Shown piece after piece: positions 37,992 to 46,225 of a stretch of DNA of 46,225 bases. The notes under the pieces are model-generated. The model did no database searches, was not told where the DNA came from, and saw only the letters and a program-made list of their open reading frames with translations. Location: the NCBI GenBank assembly GCA_037446075.1, contig JBBIJH010000004.1:1-46225 (forward strand), in the 5' to 3' direction. How positions within the stretch are numbered: the first letter of the stretch is position 1; the number at the start of each line of letters is the position of its first letter. The position numbers and the translations under genes are program-made. This stretch comes from Ignavibacteriales bacterium. GTDB lineage: Bacteria; Bacteroidota; Ignavibacteria; UBA10030; JAHEZR01.

Positions 37992-39131
37992 CTAGGGTTG
38001 AGTCGAGAGGGTTTTGAAGAGGTCATAGTACTGTCGTGCGACGACGGGAACCGCATATTGCTTCTTGACCTTCTCCAGTCCCTTTGCAGCAAGCTCCATC
38101 CTTTTGGAAGGATCAGCATGAAGCGCGAGAAGCGAGCGACGCAAGTCATCGACATCTCCTTCTCGAAACACAACTCCTGCTTCGCCGATGACGTTTGGAA
38201 TCTCTCCGGAGTTCGACCCCACCACCGGCACCTCGCATGCCATAGCCTCGATCAAAATCCTCCCGAATTGTTCCTTCCAGTAGTCCGTGGTCTTCGATGG
38301 AAGTACAACCACGTCTGCACAGCTCAAGTAGCGCGGAAGATCTGAGTGCCTCAGAGGGCCAGTCCAAACGATCTTATTCTCAAGGCCAAGCTCATGTCCC
38401 AACTCCATCCACCCAGCTTTTGCAGGACCTCCTCCGGCGATGAGAAGTGTAAAGTCAAAATCAAGCAGAGCTGCCGACCGAAGGAGAACATCCACTCCCT
38501 TTTCCGGAACGAACCTTCCAAAGTAACCGATGACAAAACCTTTCAACGCAAGTTGGCTCTTGATGTTTGAATCCCATGTCTTCCTGAACACCTGCGTGTC
38601 GACTGCGGGTGGAATAACGGTCACCGCCTCAAATCCCTTCCTCTGATAAATCTCCTTTGCTGTTTGATTGTGGGCGATGCAGTGATCTGCGTGCGAGAGG
38701 ACATACCTTTCCGCTAACGCGTTGAGCCAAGCAAGCTTGTACGGAAATCTACTGTTGGTGTAATCGATGTTGCGGTAGGAGGTAAAAACCACTTTAGATT
38801 TTGGAGAACGGCTATCCCTGAGCAAGATTGCTTGGCAGCCCAGATAACTCTCAGGTTCCCCGTTGATCCAGAGGATGTCAGGACGGAGCTGCTTCAGGAA
38901 TCTGCCGAGGGAAAGGTAGATTGCCCGGTGTGATCTTCCGGTGAAGAGGGTCCTGCTGGCAAACACCGGTAAACTGCTTTCTTCGGGCTCGAATCGAACC
39001 AGCCCGAAAAGTTCTTGCCACGAGGAAGGCAAAAGGAGAAAGATTTGGTTCCCGTGCAGCCCGTTCAGTGCGCGGTAGAGACCACGGTCCAAAGAACGGA
39101 TGGCATTATGGTCTACAGCAAGAATCTTCAT
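37992..39131 (-). CDS. Glycosyltransferase family 4
   Basis: GRFVPEKGV, VLPS...WKEQFGR.LIEAMAC..PVVGS.SG.IP motifs. Confidence 0.93.
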   Translation of the reverse strand: MKILAVDHNAIRSLDRGLYRALNGLHGNQIFLLLPSSWQELFGLVRFEPEESSLPVFASRTLFTGRSHRAIYLSLGRFLKQLRPDILWINGEPESYLGCQAILLRDSRSPKSKVVFTSYRNIDYTNSRFPYKLAWLNALAERYVLSHADHCIAHNQTAKEIYQRKGFEAVTVIPPAVDTQVFRKTWDSNIKSQLALKGFVIGYFGRFVPEKGVDVLLRSAALLDFDFTLLIAGGGPAKAGWMELGHELGLENKIVWTGPLRHSDLPRYLSCADVVVLPSKTTDYWKEQFGRILIEAMACEVPVVGSNSGEIPNVIGEAGVVFREGDVDDLRRSLLALHADPSKRMELAAKGLEKVKKQYAVPVVARQYYDLFKTLSTQP

Positions 39132-39146
39132 CTGAGAACAAAACGT

Positions 39147-40295
39147 CTATGATACTGCTCGCCCGAGAAGACGGAAAACAGCGCCAGATACCTCGCCTAC
39201 AGATATCTCAGTCATGCACTCATGCGTCCCGATTGGGCAGCGAGCACCGCCGTGTGGTGTGCAGGGCCGACACCACAGCGCCTTCCGCTCAATGACGACG
39301 TGTTGAGAGCCAAAGGGGGCGAACCCGAACTCGGGCACCGTAGGACCGAAAATCGCAACACATGGCGTCCCGACAGCGGCAGCGATGTGCATGGGCGCAG
39401 AGTCATTCGTCACGAGTACCCCACATCTGCGTAGCATCTCCGCGGATTGCAGTGGGGTGAAGCGGCCACACACGTTTAGGACTCTATCCGATGGAGATTG
39501 CCGGGCGAGACGCTCGCACAACTCGGCATCCTCATGTCCGCCAATCAGCACAACGGTGCACCCTCCCTGGATAAGACCGGAAATGAGTGACCCGTAACAA
39601 TCAAGAGGCCACCGCTTGGTAGCCCAGACTGAACCAGGAGCGACTGCAACCATGTCCCGACTCGACTTGCCCGATAGAAACTCATCGACTCGTTTTTGAT
39701 CTGTGGGAGATGGGTAGAGCTTGGGCTGAAGCAAGGTCTCCTCGATCTTAATCCCAAGTGGGAAAAGAAGTTGCAGGTGCCGTCGGATGGCATCAGACTC
39801 GGGGTTAAGGGAAACGACGTCCGTAAAGAACGGCGACACAAAGCTCCCTTTGCCTCCCAAAGCATGCCAGATTCGCTCGGCAAAGAGAATGGGCCGAGCA
39901 TGAGCTGACGATCTCAGCTCTTGAGGAAACTTCACCCTGTCTGCAAAGAGGAGAAGTCCAGAACTCTGATCGGTGCCGATGCGCCGAGGGACACGAGCTA
40001 GAAACACCACGAGGGCTGTGCGAATTGAGCCTGGGAGTACCAGAGCGATCGAATACCCATTCTGCTTCAGGCGGCGGGCAATTCGCCATACACCGAATAA
40101 GCCGCGGTCACTTCCACGGTTGTCGTACGTCAATACCGAGGAGACCGCTGGGTGAGAAGCCAAGAGCCCTTCGAATCCTTTCGCCACGAGGACGTCAACA
40201 CGGGCATCAGGATAGGCGTGTCGGAGATGCTGAAGAAGGGGGATTGTTAGAACCAAATCGCCAAGGAAGATTGTTTGAGCAACGAGGATGTTCAC
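39147..40295 (-). CDS. Glycosyltransferase family 9 (WaaF-like)
   Basis: QT.FLGDLVL..P, APGSVWATKRWP, TNDSAPMHIAAAVG, FGPTVPEFGF.P and CRPC..HG...CP....CM motifs. GTG at 40295 overlaps the upstream stop (GTGA), so it is preferred over 40415. Confidence 0.9.
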   Translation of the reverse strand: MNILVAQTIFLGDLVLTIPLLQHLRHAYPDARVDVLVAKGFEGLLASHPAVSSVLTYDNRGSDRGLFGVWRIARRLKQNGYSIALVLPGSIRTALVVFLARVPRRIGTDQSSGLLLFADRVKFPQELRSSAHARPILFAERIWHALGGKGSFVSPFFTDVVSLNPESDAIRRHLQLLFPLGIKIEETLLQPKLYPSPTDQKRVDEFLSGKSSRDMVAVAPGSVWATKRWPLDCYGSLISGLIQGGCTVVLIGGHEDAELCERLARQSPSDRVLNVCGRFTPLQSAEMLRRCGVLVTNDSAPMHIAAAVGTPCVAIFGPTVPEFGFAPFGSQHVVIERKALWCRPCTPHGGARCPIGTHECMTEISVGEVSGAVFRLLGRAVS

Positions 40296-41869
40296 TTTTC
40301 TTTTTCCTTTACCCCCTCTCGTTTGGGCACATGTAAATAGAGTACTAGGTATACCGAATCTCGAATTGCTGGCTGCGGATTCCAAATTACCTCTGTGTAG
40401 GTAGAGTGAAACCATTTCTTGTCTTCGTCGTTGCGAAACAACCCGTCCCCGTACCCGTGAAAGAGAGCGTTGCGAGGAACCTCCCAGTTCCGAAGCACTA
40501 TAAATTCTGGCTGTTTAGCCTTAATATAGTTCCCAAACCACGCATCTGAATTTGGAAACCGCTTTCGATAGGACAGGACCTCTGGTGAGACAAGACCAAT
40601 ATAGTCATCGATGTATAACTTAGATTCCCATCCGACAACTCCGATTGGCTCCAAGAGAACGTGAGCACCCGGCGAAGCGTGCTTCCGCAACCAGACTCCC
40701 AACCCCTTGTTTTGGCGAAGAAAGAGTCCACCGGGGTTCTTGGTCCAGCGCACTACCCCTACAAAAAGCAACAGGACCAAAACTATGATTGCCGATGTCT
40801 TCAAGAATCGCTCTGCGAGCCTCCGGTTGGCAAGTGCAGCAAACCTCGACTGGAGGTGATCGAGAAGATATCCAAGTGTGACAAAGTAGGAAACATAACC
40901 GGGAAGATAGTACCAATCAGCCATTACTACCCTCCCGAAGGAGAAGGCTAAATTGTAGGTAAGGAAGAAGGAAGGGAAAATCACGAGAAGATTCTTCGAC
41001 CGAACAGCATGGATAAATCCCCACAAAACCGGGATAAGAAAGAGGATGATTAGGAACAACTGGAAACCAGCTAAGAATCCCTGTAAAGCCTGAAATGGAA
41101 AGTATCCAAGGAGAATTCTCAGCGGGTCGAAAGACGGAAACAGATGATCCCAGCTAATTCTTTTCGCAACGACAGCGTGTGGAACCCAAGAACCAAAATA
41201 ATATATTGAGAAGAACACCCAAGGCGCATAAACCGCCCCCGTCCAGAGGAATGGGCGCAGGGCGAGTCGCTTCATAGTCCAGAGCTGCCAAAGTACGCAC
41301 AAGGCAATCCAAAGGACAGAATCGATTCGACACAGAAATAGCAAGCCAAACAGTATGAAGGTGGCCGTTACCTGCCCGTTCCGGAGGGAGTACAGTGACG
41401 CTAGCATCAGCATCACTGCAGTAGATGCTTCCATTCCGGAAATACCAATCAAAACTACCTTTGGATAGACAGCAAAGAGTAGACAAGCAAGGAACCGGGT
41501 CAAGTTGTTAAACGACGAAAGAAGGTGCCACAGGAAGATCAGTGAAACAACATCCATTGCGAGGGAGAAGAGGCGGGAGGCAACGGGAATCGCTGCAGAA
41601 CCGAAGAGTTCCCCAAAAGATGCAAGAACGAGGACGTAGAGAGGCGAGCTTGTTCCCTGTACTTTCTCTCCTGCGTTAAATACAAACCCCTTACCGCTCG
41701 CAAGGTTCTCCGCGTATCTATACGTGATAAATGCATCGTCGGCTGTGTATCCCGTCACTTCATAGAGGAGGATCCTGCTGCTTACTAGGAGCAGGAGCAG
41801 AATCAGTAGATCCCTAGACTCCGTCTTCACCACGGCATAGCTTTCCCGAACTACATTCTGCGGGTTCAA
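40292..41869 (-). CDS. Polytopic membrane glycosyltransferase, GT-C fold
   Basis: DDAFITYRYAENL..G.G..FN.GE.V.G.SSPL loop after the first TM, SGME, R.D, many TMs and a soluble C-terminal domain with D..GLV. Confidence 0.75.
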   Translation of the reverse strand: MNPQNVVRESYAVVKTESRDLLILLLLLVSSRILLYEVTGYTADDAFITYRYAENLASGKGFVFNAGEKVQGTSSPLYVLVLASFGELFGSAAIPVASRLFSLAMDVVSLIFLWHLLSSFNNLTRFLACLLFAVYPKVVLIGISGMEASTAVMLMLASLYSLRNGQVTATFILFGLLFLCRIDSVLWIALCVLWQLWTMKRLALRPFLWTGAVYAPWVFFSIYYFGSWVPHAVVAKRISWDHLFPSFDPLRILLGYFPFQALQGFLAGFQLFLIILFLIPVLWGFIHAVRSKNLLVIFPSFFLTYNLAFSFGRVVMADWYYLPGYVSYFVTLGYLLDHLQSRFAALANRRLAERFLKTSAIIVLVLLLFVGVVRWTKNPGGLFLRQNKGLGVWLRKHASPGAHVLLEPIGVVGWESKLYIDDYIGLVSPEVLSYRKRFPNSDAWFGNYIKAKQPEFIVLRNWEVPRNALFHGYGDGLFRNDEDKKWFHSTYTEVIWNPQPAIRDSVYLVLYLHVPKREGVKEKEK

Positions 41870-42631
41870 TTAATGCGTACACTGATAGAGCACGAGACTC
41901 GTTCCTTTCAGATGCTTTAGCGAAAGAGACGTGCTCAGCCGGTTCAAGAAATCAGTAACATCGTTCCAGACAAGATAGTCATGCCAGATGATTGTCCCAT
42001 GGGGGGCGCACAGTTCAAGAGCCCGCTGGGTGTCATTTTGGATATACTCATATGAGTGCGACCCGTCGATGAAGATCAGATCGATCTTGCCCCTCAGCGG
42101 AGAGTAGTCAAATACAGCCGAGTCCGTGAGGATTTGGCGAATCTTCTTTTCAGCTTCTGTGCCGGCAAAACGTTCACCAATTCTAACTGAATCAATGAGA
42201 AGACGGTCACCGGAGTCGAGCCTCAGCCTCGTTCTACGAGTTGTAGGCGGCAAATCCACGGTGTATACGACTGAGCCTTCAGGTGCATTGAGCGCGAATT
42301 GAAGAGTCGCATTTCCATCATACGTGCCAAACTCGAAGATCGCCCGCGGCTTTGTTGACTTGACTATTGCAGCAAGAATGGCAAGCTCGGAAAAGGAAAC
42401 ATTCCCCGCACGGTACGAGTACTTTTCAAATGTTATCCTGAGAGGTTCAATCGGTGGAAACATATCTGTAAATTCCACCGAAGGAAAAACCTTCCTCAGT
42501 TGCTGGCGCTTGTGAAAGGAGAGGACTGAGTTCACAAACGCTACTCTGCGCGGACGATCAACAAAATAGCAGATAAAGAAGTTGTAGATGAAGCCCCAAA
42601 GACCCCTTAAAAATCGAGAAAGTCTCCCCAT
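41870..42631 (-). CDS. Class I SAM-dependent methyltransferase (Methyltransf_24-like)
   Basis: IFEFGTYDG, TVDLP, DLIFIDGSHSYE...D and IIWHDY motifs. Confidence 0.9.
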   Translation of the reverse strand: MGRLSRFLRGLWGFIYNFFICYFVDRPRRVAFVNSVLSFHKRQQLRKVFPSVEFTDMFPPIEPLRITFEKYSYRAGNVSFSELAILAAIVKSTKPRAIFEFGTYDGNATLQFALNAPEGSVVYTVDLPPTTRRTRLRLDSGDRLLIDSVRIGERFAGTEAEKKIRQILTDSAVFDYSPLRGKIDLIFIDGSHSYEYIQNDTQRALELCAPHGTIIWHDYLVWNDVTDFLNRLSTSLSLKHLKGTSLVLYQCTH

Positions 42632-42676
42632 AGTGAAGTCCTGTGAAACGGACCGAACTGAGTCGCTAAGTTGCTT

Positions 42677-44206
42677 TTAATGAATTGGTTCCACGATGAA
42701 GACACTACCTCTGTACGCAAAGGGCCTTTCCGAACCGAAGGCAGCCACTAGCTTCAGCGTCTTGCCCTCTCTGAAGAAAGCTTCCAAGAGTCTTTGCGTT
42801 TGCATAGTTATGTATTCATCGTAATCGGATCGGAAGGCTCTCGTCGCCACAACGACGTTGATCTCCTCCAACATTTGTCTCTCCCGAGCAGAATTGATTG
42901 CAAATGGGTCGAAAAAGGAAAGATCATGCCGAATCTTCCTAAGGTCCCAGTATAAGTTTGGAGCCCCTAGGAGAAGGACATTTGATTGCGCCGGAATTGA
43001 TTGCTCCACCTCGCGGGCTACCCGAGAAACCACTGTTGCGTTTTTCAGCTCGACAAGATAAAGATAAGAAAAGTATCCATCGAAGAGAAGGGCATTTGCT
43101 ATCGCTCCGAAGACGAGCAATCTTGCTAATTGCCTAAATCGAGGCGCCCAGTCCTTGATGGAGGTGACAAACGCGAGCCCGATTGTGAGTGCCACAACTG
43201 GCACATAGTACAGTACATAGAACAACTCGAAGCTAAGAATACTAACAGAGCACGTTAGAACCGTGAAGATGACTACGGGTACCTCCCGGGTTGACCAATT
43301 TTCTGCAAACATCTTCCTTACAGAAAACACTATCGAAATAGCCAAGGGACCAAGCAGAAAAAGAAGGGTTCGGTAGCGAATAGCCCAATTGTAAATCGAC
43401 TGGGCAACGCCTCGCTCAAACTTTCTGGAGAATTGAAATGACATCTGCGCAAGAAACTCTTGAGGATCGCGCGCCCAATACAAAGCCAACGCTAGACCGA
43501 CAAAAGCAACTGAGAACACGGGAGCCCAAAGAGAAAGCCTGCTGATTGCCCTGTGGCGATATAGCATGAGCCGGTGCAAGAAAAGACCAACCGGAGCGAC
43601 AATCCCGATCGGATGAGAAGCTACAGCAAGAGCGCCCAATAGGAGAGTGGCTCCGTTCCATCGCTTTTTCAGATCACGGAGCCACGCGAGATGCGCCACT
43701 AATGCCGACATCATCCAGACGAGTGTGAAGCTATCCATTCTCCCCAGCTTGGAGTAGCGCAAGAAGAACGGGTCGACTACAGTGAGCAACAGAACCAGAG
43801 CAAGAATCGGAAACGGTAACCGAAGTTGCCTGCCGAGAATGTACGTCAAGGCAACTACCACTGACCCGCACAAAATCGAAAAGATCCGCAGCGACTCAAA
43901 TCCATAGCCAAAAACTTGAAAGAAAATCCCCAGTGCAAGATAGTAAGCCGGCGGCATCCAGAAAGTCCTCCGCTCAAGTCCAGCAATGACTGGAGTTCTT
44001 AACTCACCGTGTTCAAAAAGGGAGTGAGCCGCCGGAGCAAAATACATTTCGTCCGGCAGTGGCGGGGGAAAAACCCGCAGTAGAACAAGAGAGAAGCAAA
44101 TATAGAAGCAGAGGGCCCCAAGAAGCGTCCAAGCACGTCTCAGAGCCCTGGCAGATTCCTCTGGCTTGTAAGGGGAGGAAAGCAACGAGGGACTGAGAGA
44201 TGCCAT
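42677..44206 (-). CDS. ArnT/PMT-like polytopic membrane glycosyltransferase (GT-C)
   Basis: PDE..F...A motif after the first TM, WMPP.Y, R..S, GRMD and HP motifs; many TM segments. Confidence 0.75.
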   Translation of the reverse strand: MASLSPSLLSSPYKPEESARALRRAWTLLGALCFYICFSLVLLRVFPPPLPDEMYFAPAAHSLFEHGELRTPVIAGLERRTFWMPPAYYLALGIFFQVFGYGFESLRIFSILCGSVVVALTYILGRQLRLPFPILALVLLLTVVDPFFLRYSKLGRMDSFTLVWMMSALVAHLAWLRDLKKRWNGATLLLGALAVASHPIGIVAPVGLFLHRLMLYRHRAISRLSLWAPVFSVAFVGLALALYWARDPQEFLAQMSFQFSRKFERGVAQSIYNWAIRYRTLLFLLGPLAISIVFSVRKMFAENWSTREVPVVIFTVLTCSVSILSFELFYVLYYVPVVALTIGLAFVTSIKDWAPRFRQLARLLVFGAIANALLFDGYFSYLYLVELKNATVVSRVAREVEQSIPAQSNVLLLGAPNLYWDLRKIRHDLSFFDPFAINSARERQMLEEINVVVATRAFRSDYDEYITMQTQRLLEAFFREGKTLKLVAAFGSERPFAYRGSVFIVEPIH

Positions 44207-44259
44207 CGTGGCCCTGTCAGAGGAGACACCGGACGTGAAGGAGAAGGACGGAAACCACT

Positions 44260-46225
44260 CTAGAGCTTCTTTGCCAGGAGGATGACATTATAACTCCACT
44301 TCCCCCACGAAACATCATTATCGAGGTCACCTAATTTCTTGAAGAACCGATCCCAATGAAGCTTGAGATGCTTATTGAAAAAGTTGTTGACGGCAAAGGT
44401 CATCGGGTACAGGAACAGACCCCCGTAGTGCTTTCGCAGAACGCGGAATTTCAGAGACAGCAGTTGTGAGAGGTCGCTATCTGAGTAGTGCCGATGTATC
44501 TTCGAGGGATCAACCGCGCCATCCATGCGCGCCCGAAGGTTTTGAGGATCAAGAAATCGAAATATCCCTCTGTGGGGTACGGACAGGATCAGCGTGCCTC
44601 CTGGACGCAGTATCCTATGCACCTCCCCAATCACTTGTTCATCTTTACGCACGTGCTCGAGTACATCGAGAAGAAACACGGTATCCACTGAATTGGAAGT
44701 GAAAGGGAGCCTTAGAGCGGAAGCCTCAACCGGATGAACGGGGCAACCGGTGTGCCTCAGCTTCTGCAGCGCCGTCCAACCGATGTCAACGGCGATAGCA
44801 GTTGAAGACTTCATCCCGATGGCGAAGCAAAGTGGTGCTGAAGATGATCCTACATCTACTGCAACCCGCGATTCTGGCATCCACGCGAAAGCGAATTTCT
44901 GACGGTCGGTCAGCTCTAACCTTGATCCATTTAAGTGTACAGTCACAGCTCGAGGGCGCACGAATAAGTTAGCAATAGCAGAGACGCGTGCACCGAGTGA
45001 TTGAACTAGCTGGGCGTCGTCTGCAGAAAGAGGCTTGACAAAATACGAGATGAGTAGGAACAGTGCAAGGTATAGGCAGAGGGAAACCACAAGGTTTATC
45101 CCAGCAACATTAGAAACAATTAGTCTCGTCAGCGCAGCGCAGACGGCACTGCTCCCAATAACCACCAGGCCCGTCCTAATAGGGAGGTGCACATTCAAGA
45201 GCTTCCGTGAGTAAGCGGCATGGGTTCCTGCAATGATGAGGGCAGCTACCCCCATTGCGTACACCGAGCCCAGCACTCCGATTCGGGGGATCAGCATCAA
45301 TGCAAGAATCAAGTTCACGTAGCCGCTTAGTCCACTGCTGAAGACCAGGGCTCGTGTCTTACCTAAGGCTTGTAAGTAATCTGCAGCAGTGCCGCCCCCT
45401 AGCAACCGAGTTCCAGCCAGAAACAGGGCGTATAGTTGGAATAAACGGAGGCTTGGTTGGTACTCCGGAGAGTACAAAGCTGGTATCAAGGCATCTGCAA
45501 ATACCACTGCAAAGATGAATGCAGGGACAACTGTTAGGACAAGTCCTCGTGACATTGATTCCCAGTATCTGGGGAGTAGCTTCTCATCCGTGATCGCAAC
45601 AGTTGTAAACGCGGCGACAGAAATTCCATAAAGGCCCGTTGTCAAGCCAAAGTTGATGAAGTGGGCAAAGCTTATCGCGACGTCGTAAAACCCGATAGCT
45701 TGTGAACCCACGAGAAAATAGCTGAGCAGGAGGATGTTGGCTTGCTTCCCAAGAACGAACTCCAATAATCCGTTTATCCAATACTGCACACCACGCAGAA
45801 TCATCGGCCTAGTGCTCCCTCCAATTTGACTCCCAAGAAGCGAATCCCGTAGGAAAACGGATAATCCAGCGATTTGGACAAGCGAAGTACCTATCAGAAG
45901 AAGGAATATCTCGCGCAAACCATGTCCCGCTGAGAGAAGATACATAGCGCCGAGGAGCTCAAGAATTCTGACGGCCAGAGCCGTCAAAGTAATCGTGCGC
46001 GCTTGCAACTTTGCGATGTGGAAAGATATTAGGATAGAGGCTACACCTCTCAGGGCGAAGTAAATGGTGATAATAGAAACGATGTCAACAAAAGCCGGTG
46101 GTGCATTCAATACCTCCACAGCCAAGTCGCGCAGCAACAGAAAGAGCAGCCCTACCACAGCGACACTCACTAATCTCATCGCCAAGAGCCCCCTCAAAGC
46201 ACCAACGGCTGTCTCTCTCCGTTCT
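44260..46225 (-). CDS. Wzx-like oligosaccharide flippase fused to a C-terminal class I SAM methyltransferase; 5' end lies outside the window
   Basis: Frame stays open to the right edge (ERRETAVGALRGLL...). Flippase motifs IGFY..A, ..Q.LGKT, NL.L...LIP.IG..G; then VDVGS, ASA..LPF...SVD.VFLLDVLEHV and RILRPGG.LILSVP. Confidence 0.85.
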   Translation of the reverse strand, partial: ERRETAVGALRGLLAMRLVSVAVVGLLFLLLRDLAVEVLNAPPAFVDIVSIITIYFALRGVASILISFHIAKLQARTITLTALAVRILELLGAMYLLSAGHGLREIFLLLIGTSLVQIAGLSVFLRDSLLGSQIGGSTRPMILRGVQYWINGLLEFVLGKQANILLLSYFLVGSQAIGFYDVAISFAHFINFGLTTGLYGISVAAFTTVAITDEKLLPRYWESMSRGLVLTVVPAFIFAVVFADALIPALYSPEYQPSLRLFQLYALFLAGTRLLGGGTAADYLQALGKTRALVFSSGLSGYVNLILALMLIPRIGVLGSVYAMGVAALIIAGTHAAYSRKLLNVHLPIRTGLVVIGSSAVCAALTRLIVSNVAGINLVVSLCLYLALFLLISYFVKPLSADDAQLVQSLGARVSAIANLFVRPRAVTVHLNGSRLELTDRQKFAFAWMPESRVAVDVGSSSAPLCFAIGMKSSTAIAVDIGWTALQKLRHTGCPVHPVEASALRLPFTSNSVDTVFLLDVLEHVRKDEQVIGEVHRILRPGGTLILSVPHRGIFRFLDPQNLRARMDGAVDPSKIHRHYSDSDLSQLLSLKFRVLRKHYGGLFLYPMTFAVNNFFNKHLKLHWDRFFKKLGDLDNDVSWGKWSYNVILLAKKL

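Noticed and set aside
1-46225. CRISPR array, rRNA or prophage
   Set aside because: No regularly spaced repeats with unique spacers, no rRNA-like segments and no phage genes were seen.

Overview
Bacterial chromosomal window, probably from an Ignavibacteria-like FCB/Bacteroidota relative. This placement is inferred from the many C-terminal 'NYPNPFNP' type IX secretion (T9SS) sorting domains together with sigma70-type TTGACA promoters. Left part (1-9.3 kb, minus strand): housekeeping genes, namely a Lon-like protease (partial, missing from the ORF track), rodA, mrdA, mreD, mreC, mreB, purH, purN and an S66 LD-carboxypeptidase. Next come a DUF1800/DUF1501 pair, tRNA-Pro(TGG), a small GIY-YIG ORF and a decayed second copy of the tRNA. 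From 14.3 kb to the end the genes appear to form one surface-display locus. Plus-strand arm: an orphan sigma54-dependent response regulator, three sigma54-type promoters, a TIGR03790-like protein with a T9SS tail, an intact IS481-like ORF that has lost all three DDE residues, a ZU5-like lipoprotein, and four more T9SS cargo genes sharing one C-terminal module (two of them share a 179-bp perfect repeat). Minus-strand arm: a glycan-biosynthesis cluster (flippase-methyltransferase fusion, two GT-C-type membrane transferases, a methyltransferase, two GT9, a GT4 and a WecB/TagA enzyme) whose last gene is an 1815-aa C25 (PorU/gingipain-like) peptidase. Best hypothesis (inference): a T9SS/C25-sortase counterpart of the PEP-CTERM/exosortase/PrsR system, with a domesticated transposase built in. 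All family calls come from motif recognition by eye; no searches were run.
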